Under the pieces are notes generated by a model, which saw nothing but the letters and a program-made list of their open reading frames with translations, had not been told where the DNA came from and did not search any database. Shown here piece after piece: positions 49,525-62,600 of a DNA stretch of 64,000 nucleotides. Within the stretch, counting starts at the first letter, position 1. Every line of letters starts with the position of its first letter. Source of the DNA: Camelus dromedarius (Eukaryota); NCBI RefSeq assembly GCF_036321535.1, contig NC_087437.1:53384001-53448000 (forward strand), read 5' to 3'. The translations under genes were made by a program, and so were the position numbers.

Positions 49525-50800
49525 CAGTTTTTGAGTCTTCACTTAACAACACCACCATGATTAGCCTTGTATTCCTTTCCACCTCCTCCTGGACTGTGCA
49601 CTCTCAGCTATCTCCTCACTCTCCCAGCTCCAGCTTCTCCATCTTTGCAGGCCCCTCCTTCTTCCCAGCCTATGAACTCACACGAGTTCCTTTTATGCTT
49701 AGCTTTTTTTCCTACCCCCACCCCCATACACACACACACTGGAATCTACCTTCTGCCATCACCATGCACCTGAAACAGCTTCAGTAAGTCAAGGATTCTT
49801 AGCCATCCCACTCTAAATGTAGATTTAATTTATAAGAACTAATTACCAGGCTTGTATATATATCACCTCATTCACTGCTCAAAAAATCCATTGAGATACT
49901 ATGATTTTCTACATTTTACAGAGGAATATACTGAGGCTCAGAAAGGTTATATGACCCTGAATTGTTCAGAATCACAGAGCAGGTAAGTAGCAGAGCTAGA
50001 TGGGAATCGAGCTTGGACTGACTGCCAAGTTCATGTTCCCGCCACTCTACTGCAAGGCCACCATTCAGCCCGCACTGATCCTGCTTTTCCAGGGGCTCTC
50101 ACGGAGACTGAATTGCCAAGCTAAAGACCCTATCAACAGCAACAAAGTAGTCAAATATCTTTTGGGGGGGGAGGTAAGACTTGAGGAAAAACATCTACCA
50201 GGGGCTACTCTTACACCACCTCTCCCCAGATGGTCGATTCTTATCAAAAAGGTGGTTGAGGCTTGGTAATGAAAGACACCCATATCCACAAACCAGAAAC
50301 AAGGACTGGGGGTGCAGGGCTTCACCCAGCCCATCTCATCTAATGCTTCTCCCCTTTCTCCTCCACCCTGGGGAGCATTTTCCTTTCTAGAACTAATGCA
50401 ATTAAGTGGAGAGAGGCTGGCTTAGCCAAGACCAGAGAGGATGTCCATAATTTATTTTCAGCTGTACCACTATCCTGGTGTGGGACCCCCAGCACTCACT
50501 ATGTCCCTGTGTGTGGCGACAATTATGCAATATGATGGCCGACAGCTTGCTTCTCTGCAGCTAGCTGTCCTGCAAAGAAATTTTATTGAAAGGTGTTTGC
50601 ACACTGTACTCACTGTTGCATTGTTGTCACATGCAGTGACCTTCATAAATGGCTTTGGGAAAGTCACAAGGGAATAACAGAGGTGGTTGGTGTTTTTTTC
50701 TCCTCCTTAATTAGAGTCTGCTCTGATTTGCTAGATAAGGTTGTGCAATCACTGGGAAATGTGCTCTCTGCTCTCACATGCTCCCCAAATACAAACAAGC

Positions 50801-50813
50801 AGGTCAACAACCC
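50801..50813. promoter_or_regulatory. Imperfect IR-1 element (candidate FXR/RXR site) in the KNG1 promoter
   Basis: AGGTCA-a-CAACCC about 240 nt upstream of the ATG. Human kininogen is a known FXR target through a promoter IR-1. Confidence 0.55.
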
Positions 50814-51042
50814 GAGTGTTGTAACATTTCAGCCCAAAATCTGCTTAGATACCCCAGCAGGGCCATTTGTCCTTTTGGAATTGGGCAAATAGTTCAAGGC
50901 AGCAGCAATCAAAACGAGGGCTTCACAGAGCTGTGGCAGAGAGAGGAGAGCCAGGAGAAGGCAGAGGCTGAAGACAGTTAAAATCAGCATCTAAATTGGC
51001 TCCCAATTCTTGGTGAAACTCCCAGAGGGAGACTGTTAAATC

Positions 51043-51237
51043 ATGAAATTAATCGCCATCCTTTTCCTTTGCTCCAGGCTGCTACCAAGTTTGACCCAGG
51101 AGCCCTTCTCAGAAGAAATTGACTGCAACGACCAGGATGTATTTAAGGCTGTGGACAGTGCTCTCAGGAAATACAACAGTGAAAACAAAAGTGGCAACCA
51201 GTTTGTATTGTATCGTGTAACTGAGGTCAGGAAGACG
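51043..51237 (+). CDS. KNG1: KNG1 exon 1
   Basis: ATG at 51043, 65 codons, gtgagt donor. Confidence 0.95.
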
Positions 51238-51299
51238 GTGAGTGAACTGTGATTAACTTTGAAGTCATTTGGGATTTGTGCTGTCACTCAGAGTCCAGG

Positions 51300-51369
<70 letters not shown>

Positions 51370-54300
51370 ACCAATCACCAAAGAACTGATAATCAAAGGG
51401 AAGCTTACATCTCTTAGAAAGGACCAGCACCCCTCTCTGGCCTTGCAGGTGGAGGCAGGGGTATAGCTAATCCTTGGGTCACCAAGATTGTCTTCCTGGG
51501 TGATCAGAGAAGCAGTGTCCTAGGGTGACATGAAACAAAGGTAGATGGAGTAGTCTGAAAAGGACTACACAGAGTAGGAGAATCCAGGGACTGAGGCTGC
51601 AGCAAGAGGATTTACTGGGTGACCGAATCTAGACTGAAATATGAAGACCCCCAGACCTCAGGTGGGGAGGGAGCGCCCAAGGGGACAGATCTAACAGATA
51701 CTCTGATTTCACTTACATGTGGAATCTAAAAATTCAAACTCACAGACATGGAAAGTAGAATGGTAATTGCCAGAAACTGGGAGGCAGGGAAAATAGGGAG
51801 CTGCTGGTTAAAGTGTATAAACTGTCAGTTATGAGATGAATAGGTCCTGAAGCTGTAAACTACAGCGTAGTGATTTATAGTTAATAATACTGTATTGTAT
51901 ACTCAGAATTTGTTAAAAGACTAGATCTTAAGTATTCTCACCACAAAAATAAAGGTGGTGAGAATTAGCTTGTTTGTGTTAATTAGCTTATTTACGGTAA
52001 TCATTACACAATGTATATGTGTGTCAATTCATCACTTTGTACACCTTAAATATATACAGTTTTCATTTGTCAATTATTCCTCAATTAAGCTACAGAAAAG
52101 GGAGGTAGGTCTAAGAGGACTCAGAAGTGAGATTAAGTTGGCTCTACTGCATAAGACGAAATAACTACCATGAAGTCCATATGGCTGAATGCATCAAGGT
52201 GACAGCCATTTCCACTTGGGATTTAGTATTTTTTATCACTGACTGATGCACTCAAGATGGAAACAAATCCTGATAGGGAGTGTGACTTCAAGAAATACAA
52301 GTCTTTCCATAGTTGTTTAAATGAATTTCATTGTAAAATTTTATGTTTCTGTGATAGTTAAGCAATTGTTTACTTAGGTGGAAAAAGATTCCAGCCATTT
52401 GACATTATGAGGAAAAAGGAAAAAGCCCAGGGGACATGTTGGTTTTTCCTTTTTTCTTCTGAAAGTAAAGTCCAGCCTTTCTGTTTCACAAGCTTGTGTG
52501 GTCGTGTGAGTCCTGGTGTTCTCAAGCAATGGCTTACTGGTGTTGTCCTTATTGGCTGACATCCACAGCAAATGGGGTTTTTTATTCTAATGTGTCCACA
52601 GAATCACTCCTTACCTTTCCTTTGCTGTGTGCTGTATGCCATGACCACTTAGGTTTTATTGAACTCTGAGACCTGGAAGGAATATTAGAGACTATCATGT
52701 GTGAACCATCACCTCCTAGACGCAAATCCTGTAGTGAGAACACAGCCCCTCCAGCCAGGAGGCCTGTGACCCAGGCTGACTCCGCCTCTACACGGTGGGG
52801 GCGCTGCCTGAGCCAGGCCTCACCGCCTGGGGCCCCCTTTCTCTCACCTACAAAGTGAGAAGCTGGACATCATCACTTCCCAGGTCCTTGGCTGCTCCGA
52901 CATGCCAGGATGCTGCATCTGAAAGATTATCTAACTCAGCCCCTTTGCACCTTTAAAGTTTTACTTATTATTTCATGACACGCTAGAATAAATAACAAAA
53001 CAAAGCAAATTAAAATACTAATATGACCCAAAATTAATCCCATCATCCAAAGATAACTATTACTTTTTTAATGAAAAAAGGTTTCTGGTTTATTTTCTAA
53101 TTGAAAAAATAACATATGTTTGTTTTTAAAAAAGTAGACAATTCAGGAATGTTTGTTTAAAGTAGAAAGTGAAAGACAATTTTACTCCTACTGCTGAGAG
53201 ACACACATTTTAACAACTTAGCTGCATAATTTTCCAGACTTTTAAAAATCGTGTGTTTACCTATAAATTGGTTTCTACAAAGATGGGCTAGTACTATGAT
53301 ACTACTTTGTAACTTAAAATATATATATACTTGTAAATAGTAAACTATGGACATTCTTCCAAGTAAATATTTATAGACTTTCAATATTTTTAATAAATGC
53401 TTTTGCCTTCATTGAATCAAATCAGGATCAAATATTTGTAACTGCCCCAGGTCCTACTCGAATAATTTGCTCTTGGGTCAGATGATCCCTTTTGGTTGCT
53501 GTTTTTCAGGATAATCCTGACACATTTTATTCCTTCAAGTACCAAATCAAGGAGGGCGACTGTCCTGTTCAAAGTGACAAAACGTGGCAGGAATGTGACT
53601 ACAAAGACTCTGCACAAGCTGTGAGTGTGTGGGAGGTTCCCAGGCTTTGTCTTCTCCGCAGAGCATGCCAGGCTTTCCCGCCAGTGGTGGGGGTGACTGA
53701 TACGTGGAGCTGTTTGTGAGGGACGCATGTGAACCCTCAACTTTGTGGAACAGTCAGACACCTGATGTCTGCATCCTCACACACACAGAAGGGGCATGGA
53801 GAGGCCAGCAGTTAAACATGGAGAAAGCCCTCCCATAAGAAAAGGACTCCAATGACCAACTGGGACATGTGGGCCAGACGCCAGAGAGACAATAGTTCGA
53901 TACCTGGGCTGAGATCTGGGCTGAGCTGGTGAGGGAGAGTGTGGATGCTTCAACTGCGTGGGCCTGAGTGCCAACCCTGCTCTACCTCCAACTAGCTGAC
54001 CACTCAGAACCTGTGTGCTCGCTCATAAAGAGAGAGAAAGTTGACTTCATCAGGTAGTTGGAGGAAGAAATGAGATCCGTTATGCAAAGGGCCTTGCTTT
54101 AATAACACTGGCTGTCCTAACCAAATGTCTAACCTGTGTGGCACAGCACAGCTGATTATTTGGACTTAATTAAGGGAGGCTGTGATGGTATCAGCCAGGA
54201 AGCAAGCCACCCTCTTCACAGTCCAGGGAGTCAGAACACTGGCACCTTGGATGCAGTTTTGTTACCAAAGGCAGATTTGTGTGCTGGATGCACCATGAGG

Positions 54301-56603
54301 CCAAACAAACTGAAACATGAGTTTGGGGCAGAGAAAAGTTTATCGCAGGACGGAGCAAGAAAAATGGGATGGCTCAAGCCCAAGAAAACCCCGAACTCCC
54401 TGAAGGGTTTCAACAAAACAATTTAAAGGCCAGGTGAGGGAGGCGGGTTGCAGGGTACTGATCCGCTCATGCACAGTTCTCTGGTTGATGCTGAGGGAAT
54501 AGGGTGATCAACAATATCAGCCCCCAGGCGCCAGAAGCTCTGGAGGCCAAGTGCTCTGGATCATCAAGTAGTTAATTTCTTCCCTTTGGTGGCTTTTAGC
54601 ATGTGAAAAACTCAGGAAATATACTTGAGATAAGATTACCTGGGTTCTTCAGAGAGGAGCTACAGCGGAGGATATGGGGGAGGGGTCTGACCCTGGAAGG
54701 CCCCACAAGTCCTGCTCTGGTCACAGTTTGAACATTGACGTCGAAAGGTAAATTAAGAGGAGAGTTTAACAGGCTGGTGTACATCCTGGAGAAAAATATC
54801 TCCAGGGCTCAAAACAAAGACTCATATTTTAAAACCTCACCATTTATCCTACCACTCCTCCAAAATCTCATGAATATCAGCGGTTTGTATAAAATTATGG
54901 TAGGCTGCAAAACATTCATTCTCACGTCTTGAAACTGTTAGAAAAAAAAAATCTTGACAAATTTTAAAGAAGCAAAGCCAGAGTTAGCAGTAGTACTGGG
55001 TGGATTTCGTCTGAAAAATTAAGATAAATAGTCCCTCTCTTTTTTTTCCTTCTTAGGCCACAGGAGAATGCACAGTGACAGTGGCAAAGAGAAAGAATAT
55101 GAAGTTCTCCGTGGCTACCCAGACCTGCCAGATTACTCCAGGTAGCTGATGTGTCTGGTGGCACTGCTCTGGGTGGAAAATGACACTTTACTGTGTGTGG
55201 CGCCAAAGACGCCGCCCTCCGGGAGGGTAGCAGTTGTGATGCCATTTACAGCCTTGTGGGGGCGCTGGAGGGGTGGAACAGCAGAGTCCTGAGGCTGGGG
55301 CCAGGCTCATGTTAGTCATCGCTTTGGCGCTGTCCTGATTCTCTTCCTCAAGAGCAGCACTGTAATAGGTGTATGCAAAAGGCACAGAACTGGCTTCAAT
55401 TTCAGGCACCACCCTAGTTGGGGGGAAAGCACAAACCTTGAGGTCAGATCTGGTCTGGAATCTTTCAAAGCTGTTCCCCTCCTTAACTTTCCTTTTTCCT
55501 TATCTGTAAAAGGAGATCACAGTAATTTCCATTTTGCAGGCTTTTTTGTAGAATGAACTAGATGATTCACCTGAAGATGTAAGCATAGTAGAGCATTAAT
55601 GATAATCAGGATAAAAGTAATGATAGCTAACATTTCTTGAGCAGTTATTGCCAGCCAAAGTTCTAATCGCTTCACCTGTGTTAACTTTAATCCTCACAAC
55701 AACCCTATGTGGCAAGTATTAATATCTCCAGTTCATTAAAAAAGAAAAAAGAAAAAAACAGGCAGAAAAAAAAATGGGCAGAAGACCTAAGCAGACATTT
55801 CTCCAATGAAGACATACAGATGGCCAATAGCCACATGAAAAGATGCTCAGTATCGCTAATTATCAGAGAAATATAAATTAAAACTACAATGAGATATCAC
55901 CTCACACCAGTCAGAATGGCCATCATTAAAAAATCCACAAACAATTAATGCTAGAGAGGGTGTGGAGAAAAGGGGGCCCTCCTACACTATTGGTGGGAAT
56001 GTAGTTTTGGTGCAGCCACTGTGGAAAACAGTATGAAGATTACTTTAAAAACTAAAAATAGACTTACCATATGATCCAGCAATCCCACTCCTGGGCATAT
56101 ATCTGGAGGGAACTCTAGTTCGAAAAGATATATGCACCCCAATGTTCTTAGCAGCACTATTTATAATAGCCAAGATATGAAAACAACCTAAATGTCCACC
56201 AACAGATAAGTAAAGAAAATGTGGTGTATATATATATATACAATAGAATACTGCTCAAACATAAAAATGAATGAAGTAATGCCATTTGCAGCAATGTAGA
56301 TGGACCTAGAGATTATCGTACTAAGTGAAGTAAGCCAGACAGAGAAAGACAAATATCATATGATATCACTTATACACGGAATCTAAAAAATATGGCACAA
56401 GTGAGCTTATTTACAAAACAGAAAAGGACTCACAACATAGAAAACAAACCTGTGGTTTCTGGCAGGGAAAAGGGGGGAGGGATAAATTAGGAGTTTGGGC
56501 TTTGCAGATACTAAATACTATGTATAAAATAGATAAACAAGGTCCTACTGTATATTAACGGGAACTATATTCAATATCTTGTAGTAACCTATAATGAAAA
56601 AGA

Positions 56604-56674
<71 letters not shown>

Positions 56675-59600
56675 ACTGAATCACTATGCTGTATGCCAGA
56701 AACTAATGCAACATTGTAAATCAACTATACTTCAATTAAAAAAGAAGTCCCCAGTTCACAGATGAGGAAACTGAGGCCCACAGCAGTTAAGTATCTTGCC
56801 TGTGACCCCATAGCTAGTAATTAGCAGAGTTGATAAAGTTGGCTCTCTACAAACAAAATTCCTTTGGAACTGAAGTATGGAGCAACTTATCAACAGATAT
56901 AATCCCTATTAGCTCATTCACTCTTGTGGCAGGGGCACCAGGCACAGAAGAATGGGCACAGCTAGGTGATGTCAGTCACAAAGCCATCCTGGAGTTGGCC
57001 TTCTGCAGGATAGGGTTTTAGTGTGTGAGCTCCAGAACGGCATCTTTAGCCACACTATTGAACCTCCCCACAGCGTTAACTGTTCTATTCCAGCCTTAAT
57101 CGTCTAGATGGAACCCACAAAAACTACATCCCTTAAGTTCCTGCTCTTGCAAGAAGTTGCATTCAAAGAAAAACAGTCCAAAACAGAAAAGAGATTACAA
57201 GTAATTAAAATCTTTTGGAGGGAGGCCAGGGAATAGGAGTAGCTTTTTATTATTCAGTTTAAGAACTCCATCTAGTAAGCAAATTTTAACATTATCCAGA
57301 GCACAGCACTTATGGACTATGAGAGAAAAGACTCTGTGCCATGACTTCAGAAATTACCACTGGATCCACAATCCCTTATCTGAATCCTTTCTGGCCAGAT
57401 GTGTTTTGGAATTCAAAATATAAAATCTTTATTTTAATTTTAAAAACATCTTCCTAGACATGTTGAGGCAGGGTGGGAAGTCATTCTGTCACCCCTCACA
57501 CAACTGAGTTTGCCTCTTTCCCTGCTCCTCTCACCCTCAAAAGGCTGCTGCATCTCTCCCCTTACTCCAGTGGGCGCTGCCCTTGAGGTCGGGCAACCCA
57601 GCCTTGGGTCTTTTCTCATCTCCCCTTTCACCTCCTGTGTTCATCTTTTTTTGTTGTTGTTGTTGTTCTTCCTCACCTTTCCTACGGGAGCCCCTCTAGT
57701 TCTTTAATTTTGCGCATTACCCCGATTCAACCTCAAAGCTACAAGGAAAGGAGAGGGGAAAGCTATGAATATCCACCAAGTAAATCTTTTCCTGACACAC
57801 ATACTTAGGGAGAGAAAGCCAAGAAGCCATTGCCAGGGGGGTTGTGTGGAACTGCTGACAGGAGGGCAGTCATGCAGAGCTCGACTGGCTTCCTGATCCT
57901 GTTGGGATCTTACATCCTGCGGTAGTGAGCGCCCCGGGGCCAAGGGGCTTAGGACTCCTTCAGTACTTCCCATTTTGCGCCACAGGTGTTGCAGGTCAGG
58001 GCTGCCTGTTATGAACATTACTTCACAATCTGATACAGACTCACTCTTTTAAAAATATATTTTACATTTTTTTAATTGAAGTATAGTCAGTTTACAATGT
58101 GTCAATTTCCAGCGTAGAGCATAATGTTTCAGTCATACATATACACACATATGTTCCTTTTCATTTTCTTTTTCACTATAGGTTACTACAAGATATTGAA
58201 GATAGTCCCCTGTGCTATGCAGTATAACCTTGTTGTATATCTGTTTTATACATAGTAGTATCGGCAAATTTCAAACTCCCAATTAATCCCTCCCCACTTC
58301 CTTTCCCCCATGGTAACCATAAGTTACCAAGGAAAGGAAAGGAAAGAAACAATCCCTTTTGAAATCACATCCAAAAAAATAAAATACTTAGGAATAAACC
58401 TGACCAAGGAGATGAAAGACTTCTGTGCTAAGAACTACAAAACACTGATTAAGGAAATAAAAGATGATTTAAAGAAATGGAAAGCTATCTCATGGTCTTG
58501 GATTAGAAGAATGAGTGTTAAAACGGCCATACTACCTAAAGCAATCTACAGATTTAATGCGATCCCTATCAAATTACCCAGGAAATTTTTCACAGAACTA
58601 GAACAAATAATCCTAAAATTTATGTGGAATCACAAAAGATCCAGAATTGCCGGAGCAATATATTGTTTTATTAAAACCCCTTCAGTGGCTTCCCATTCTT
58701 CATTCACTTCAGAGGGTCTAGGAATCCCCCAAATTAAGTGGAGAAAGTTGTGAGTACTGCACTTTCCTGGGGGGAGGGGGTGCCATAGCTTACATCAGAG
58801 TCTCCAGGGAGCCCATGACCTTGAAAGACGGTAATCCCTGCCTAGGCTTCCCAGCAGAAGACTCTCCTGTGACTGCTCAGACCTCAGATCACCCTTCCCT
58901 CCCCATGAAGCTCTGGTAAGATGTGTGTACACCATGTCCCACACCACTGTCCCTGACTCACCCTGCTTCCTCAGGAGCCATCCATCCTTCTTCTCAGGCT
59001 TCACACCTGGGATTGTGAGGCTGACCTTGACCATTCTTCACCCTTCCTAGCTCAGCCTCTTCTCCCCAGGAAAGTCTTCCTGGGGCTCACTCTGGGCTTC
59101 TGCCTTTCCAAGCTCTTGCCGAATTACATTGAAATGATCCATCATCAGATCTGTCTCTCCCACTCGACTTTGCTCGACTCCTTCACGGCGGTGGCCACGA
59201 CTCAGGAATAAATGTATCCACTCAGCCTAGCTCAGCTCAAGGCATGCAAAATACATGTTTGCTGGACTGGAATTGATACCAAACATATTATACCCTGAGC
59301 CAGGCTTCAAGGAACTTTAATTAACACTGAAAAAGAAATAATATAACTGTAATATTTTAATTTTTTTGAGGATAAATTCATGTATCACTTCTGTCATGGA
59401 AGATGACTTTGAAATAAATTTAAAATAATTACGCACAATGGTACGTATGGAAGATGTCCCTAGGTGAATCATAGGTTTCTCCCTCCAACTCAGAAGCAGT
59501 CTTGTGTTCTTTTTCTGGTGCATACTAGGATTTACTGGAGAGTTTGGGTATCAGGGCCATGCAAATTATCTTACTTACTCAGGGCAATGTATCTGAATGC

Positions 59601-62600
59601 AAGTTTCGCTCATTAATGCTGTCCTTTTGCCTGCTCTTTGTCAAGCCGAGGGCCCTGTGGTGACCACCCAATATGACTGTCTTGGCTGCGAACACCCCAT
59701 ATCAACCACGAACCCTGAGTTGGAACCCATTCTGAAACACGCCATTCAACATTTTAACAACAATACTGATCATTCGTACCTCTTTGATCTTGGAGAAGTA
59801 AAAAGCGCCTTGAGACAGGTTTGTTCTTTAATTTTTCATTTCTCATTGTAATGTTAAAATTGGTTAGATGTTTTTGGTTTAGGGTTTCATTACCTAAAAT
59901 AAACCATTGGCTGGAAAAAAACGTATGATTCCATGGCAAGTGAGAGGGAATTCTTCCATGTTCTCAAACGACTAGCTCTGGAGGCAGACTTTCTCTTTAG
60001 GCAAAGTGATTCGAATACTGTGATCTGTTAAGGTGGAAAGGGAGACTAACCAGACCCCCTCCTTTGAGATTTGTTTTTAGTGAACGAGTGGTCAGAATTC
60101 CATGTTCTTCCTAGAGATGGTGGAATGGAAAAGTTATTCTGGCCTTAGGGTTTTAAGAAGACTATCATCTCCTAGCTATCATGAGGCAAACATTGCCCCA
60201 AATATTAAATTGTACCTACAAAGGATGGCACGGCTTGCTAGGTATCCTCTAAATTATAGTTTCTGTATCATCAGAAGAAAAAGTAAATACTTATAAATCT
60301 GGTCTTCTTATTGCCTCAGTTCATGAAGCCTTTACCGACAGTTGACTGGACCCTTTGGATTTCAACATCTAATTATGAGTGGCCCCCTTAGGTCTGTTGC
60401 ATTCCCTGCTTTTAACTGGACTTCCAACTTGCCTTCATGAAAGATTATGTTCTACTCAGTTCTGTCCATACCCAGCTATCAGGGTGGGACCCTCCCCAGA
60501 TAAAGCAGGAGAAATCTTACTGCCTGGCAGTCTGGGAACCTAGTGGTAAAGGCCACTCTAGCTTCAAAGTTTTCTTTATCCACCTAGAAAAGCATTATTA
60601 ATATTTCACAAAATTCAACAGATCATTTTTTTCCTGCTACCTGGCAGAGGAAATACTGCTAGGTCTTACTTAAGGAGATAGAGTAACTCTATCTTATAAA
60701 TTGCTTTTTATTTTCAGATGTGTAGCAATGTGTGTGTGAATGTATGTTTGTGTATGTGCTGTGTTGAAGGGTGTGGGAGTCATAATGTGCTCAATACTTA
60801 TTCAGTAATGACTTTTGCCTAGTAATAATCATAGTCCACATATCTGAGCACTTATGAAATGCCAGGCAGTATTCTAAGCTCCTCCTAACACTGTACATAA
60901 TGTTTAAACTGCCCTTTTGGGATTCAATCCCAAATCGTTTCAGGTGGTGGCTGGATGGAACTATGAAATTACTTACTCAGTTGTGCAAACTAATTGTTCC
61001 AAGGAGAATTTTCTATTCTTAACTCCAGACTGCAAGTCCCTTTCCAATGCTGTAAGTAGGCAAAAATCTAATTATAAAGTTCTTAGCTTTTCATGCCCAG
61101 TATTCCCAAGTGTGGGAACTCTCAGCTGTGGTGGAAGACTCGGTCACTAAAATTGGGGATGACAGTCACCAGTTCATATTCACATTTACTTGGCCATCTG
61201 AAGTTCACATCACCGGTCAAGGTGCTTACCCACCTAGTGGGAGAATCAGCACATCTGGCAATAAGCATTTACAGATCTAACCAGGGACTAGGAATAGCCT
61301 GAGACAAAATGATGCCACAGTCAAGTTTGTCTTTTCATGTCTTCACATTTTCCTACCTCCTTTTCCTCCCTACGTGCTCAACATCCTTATGGGGTTCCCG
61401 AGCTCTTCCTGGGACTGTCCCTCACTTCCAACTTGTCTCTGCTGGTTTTCTCGCCTTCCCTTCCCTACCTTTAATAAACACATCTGGATTCTCTCTCTTA
61501 CTTATATGAACCAAAATTACTTTAAAAGAGAGCGTCTCCGGGTGGCAGGAGTTAGCGCATGTTGAGATGGCTAAGGCATATTGATCCTCCCAGGCATACG
61601 TGTGTTTTAGCAGAAGGCTGTGCTTCAGCAAGAAGTGGCTGCCAGCCCTTTAATCTAGTCATTCTACTTCTTGAATTCTATTATATGGGAAGAAAATGAG
61701 AAATTCAGACACCAAGATGTTAATTTTGGCATTTTATTAATAGAAATTAATCCTTATCATGTTAGTCATGTCTTCTATGATCTTATTTATTTTTTTATCT
61801 ATTTTGCCTGTTGTATAATAATTGTATACTAGACTTTCCCACCACAATTATTTATGTCCATTTCTATTCATATATTTTCTGCTTTATGCATTTTGATTCC
61901 ATGCTTCTAGATAAAAATAAAATTATCTTTCTTCTACCTTTATGAGTTTTTTGTTACCTTGAATTTTACTTTGTCCAATATCAATAATATTCTAGCTCCA
62001 TTTTTGTTCATATTTGTTTCATATAGCTTTGCTCATCCGTTATGTGTAATCTTTCTTTATCTTTTTTATTATACACTGTTATTCTTGAAGATGTAATACT
62101 TTGATTTTGTCCTTAACTTAATCTGAAAGTCTTTGCCTTGCTAAAAGAAAATGTTACCCATTCACTTATATGATTTTTATTTCTGCACTACATATTCTTG
62201 GCATCTCATTTCATGTCTGTGTGCTTGTGTGTGTGTATTTGTTGTTGTTGATGCTACTCCCTTGTTGTTTCTTATTCTCTCTTTTGCAGTTAGATTATGC
62301 ATTGTATTGGTTTGTTCTATGAGATGATTTGCAGAGCCAACATCTTATTTTTAATTTTACTAGTCGTTTACTTTAAAGGTTCTTTAAAAATGTTCCTAAT
62401 ATATACTCTTATATGCTTTTTAAAAACCAGGATATTGGTGAATGTACAGATAAAGCACATGTGGATCCTCAGCTAAGAATTGCTTCCTTGTCACAGAAAT
62501 GTAACCTTTATCCAGGTATGGGATAACTCACGTTAGTTCTCTGATAGTGCATGTGGGTCCCAGACAACTGGCTAGGTCTTTCCATAGAAACAGTGCTTTG

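Larger units (their letters stand above)
47644..49793. repeat. Long interrupted inverted repeat (palindrome) between HRG and KNG1
   Basis: 47644-47910 plus 48224-48350 is the reverse complement of 48688-48809 plus 49525-49793. Includes a 49-nt perfect run. Confidence 0.92.

Noticed and set aside
47630..49787. Paired ORFs MYSLPPPPG / MYSFPPPPG as a duplicated small gene
   Set aside because: They have non-ATG starts and their frames diverge after indels. They only reflect the inverted repeat.
58310..58753. 147-aa ORF with RT-like KYLGI motif
   Set aside because: It is a fragment of L1 ORF2 in a truncated insertion, not a host gene.
59640..59646. AAG acceptor of KNG1 exon 4 as a sign of pseudogenisation
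   Set aside because: AAG acceptors are uncommon but valid. The exon length (173 nt) mirrors exon 7 and the frame is intact.
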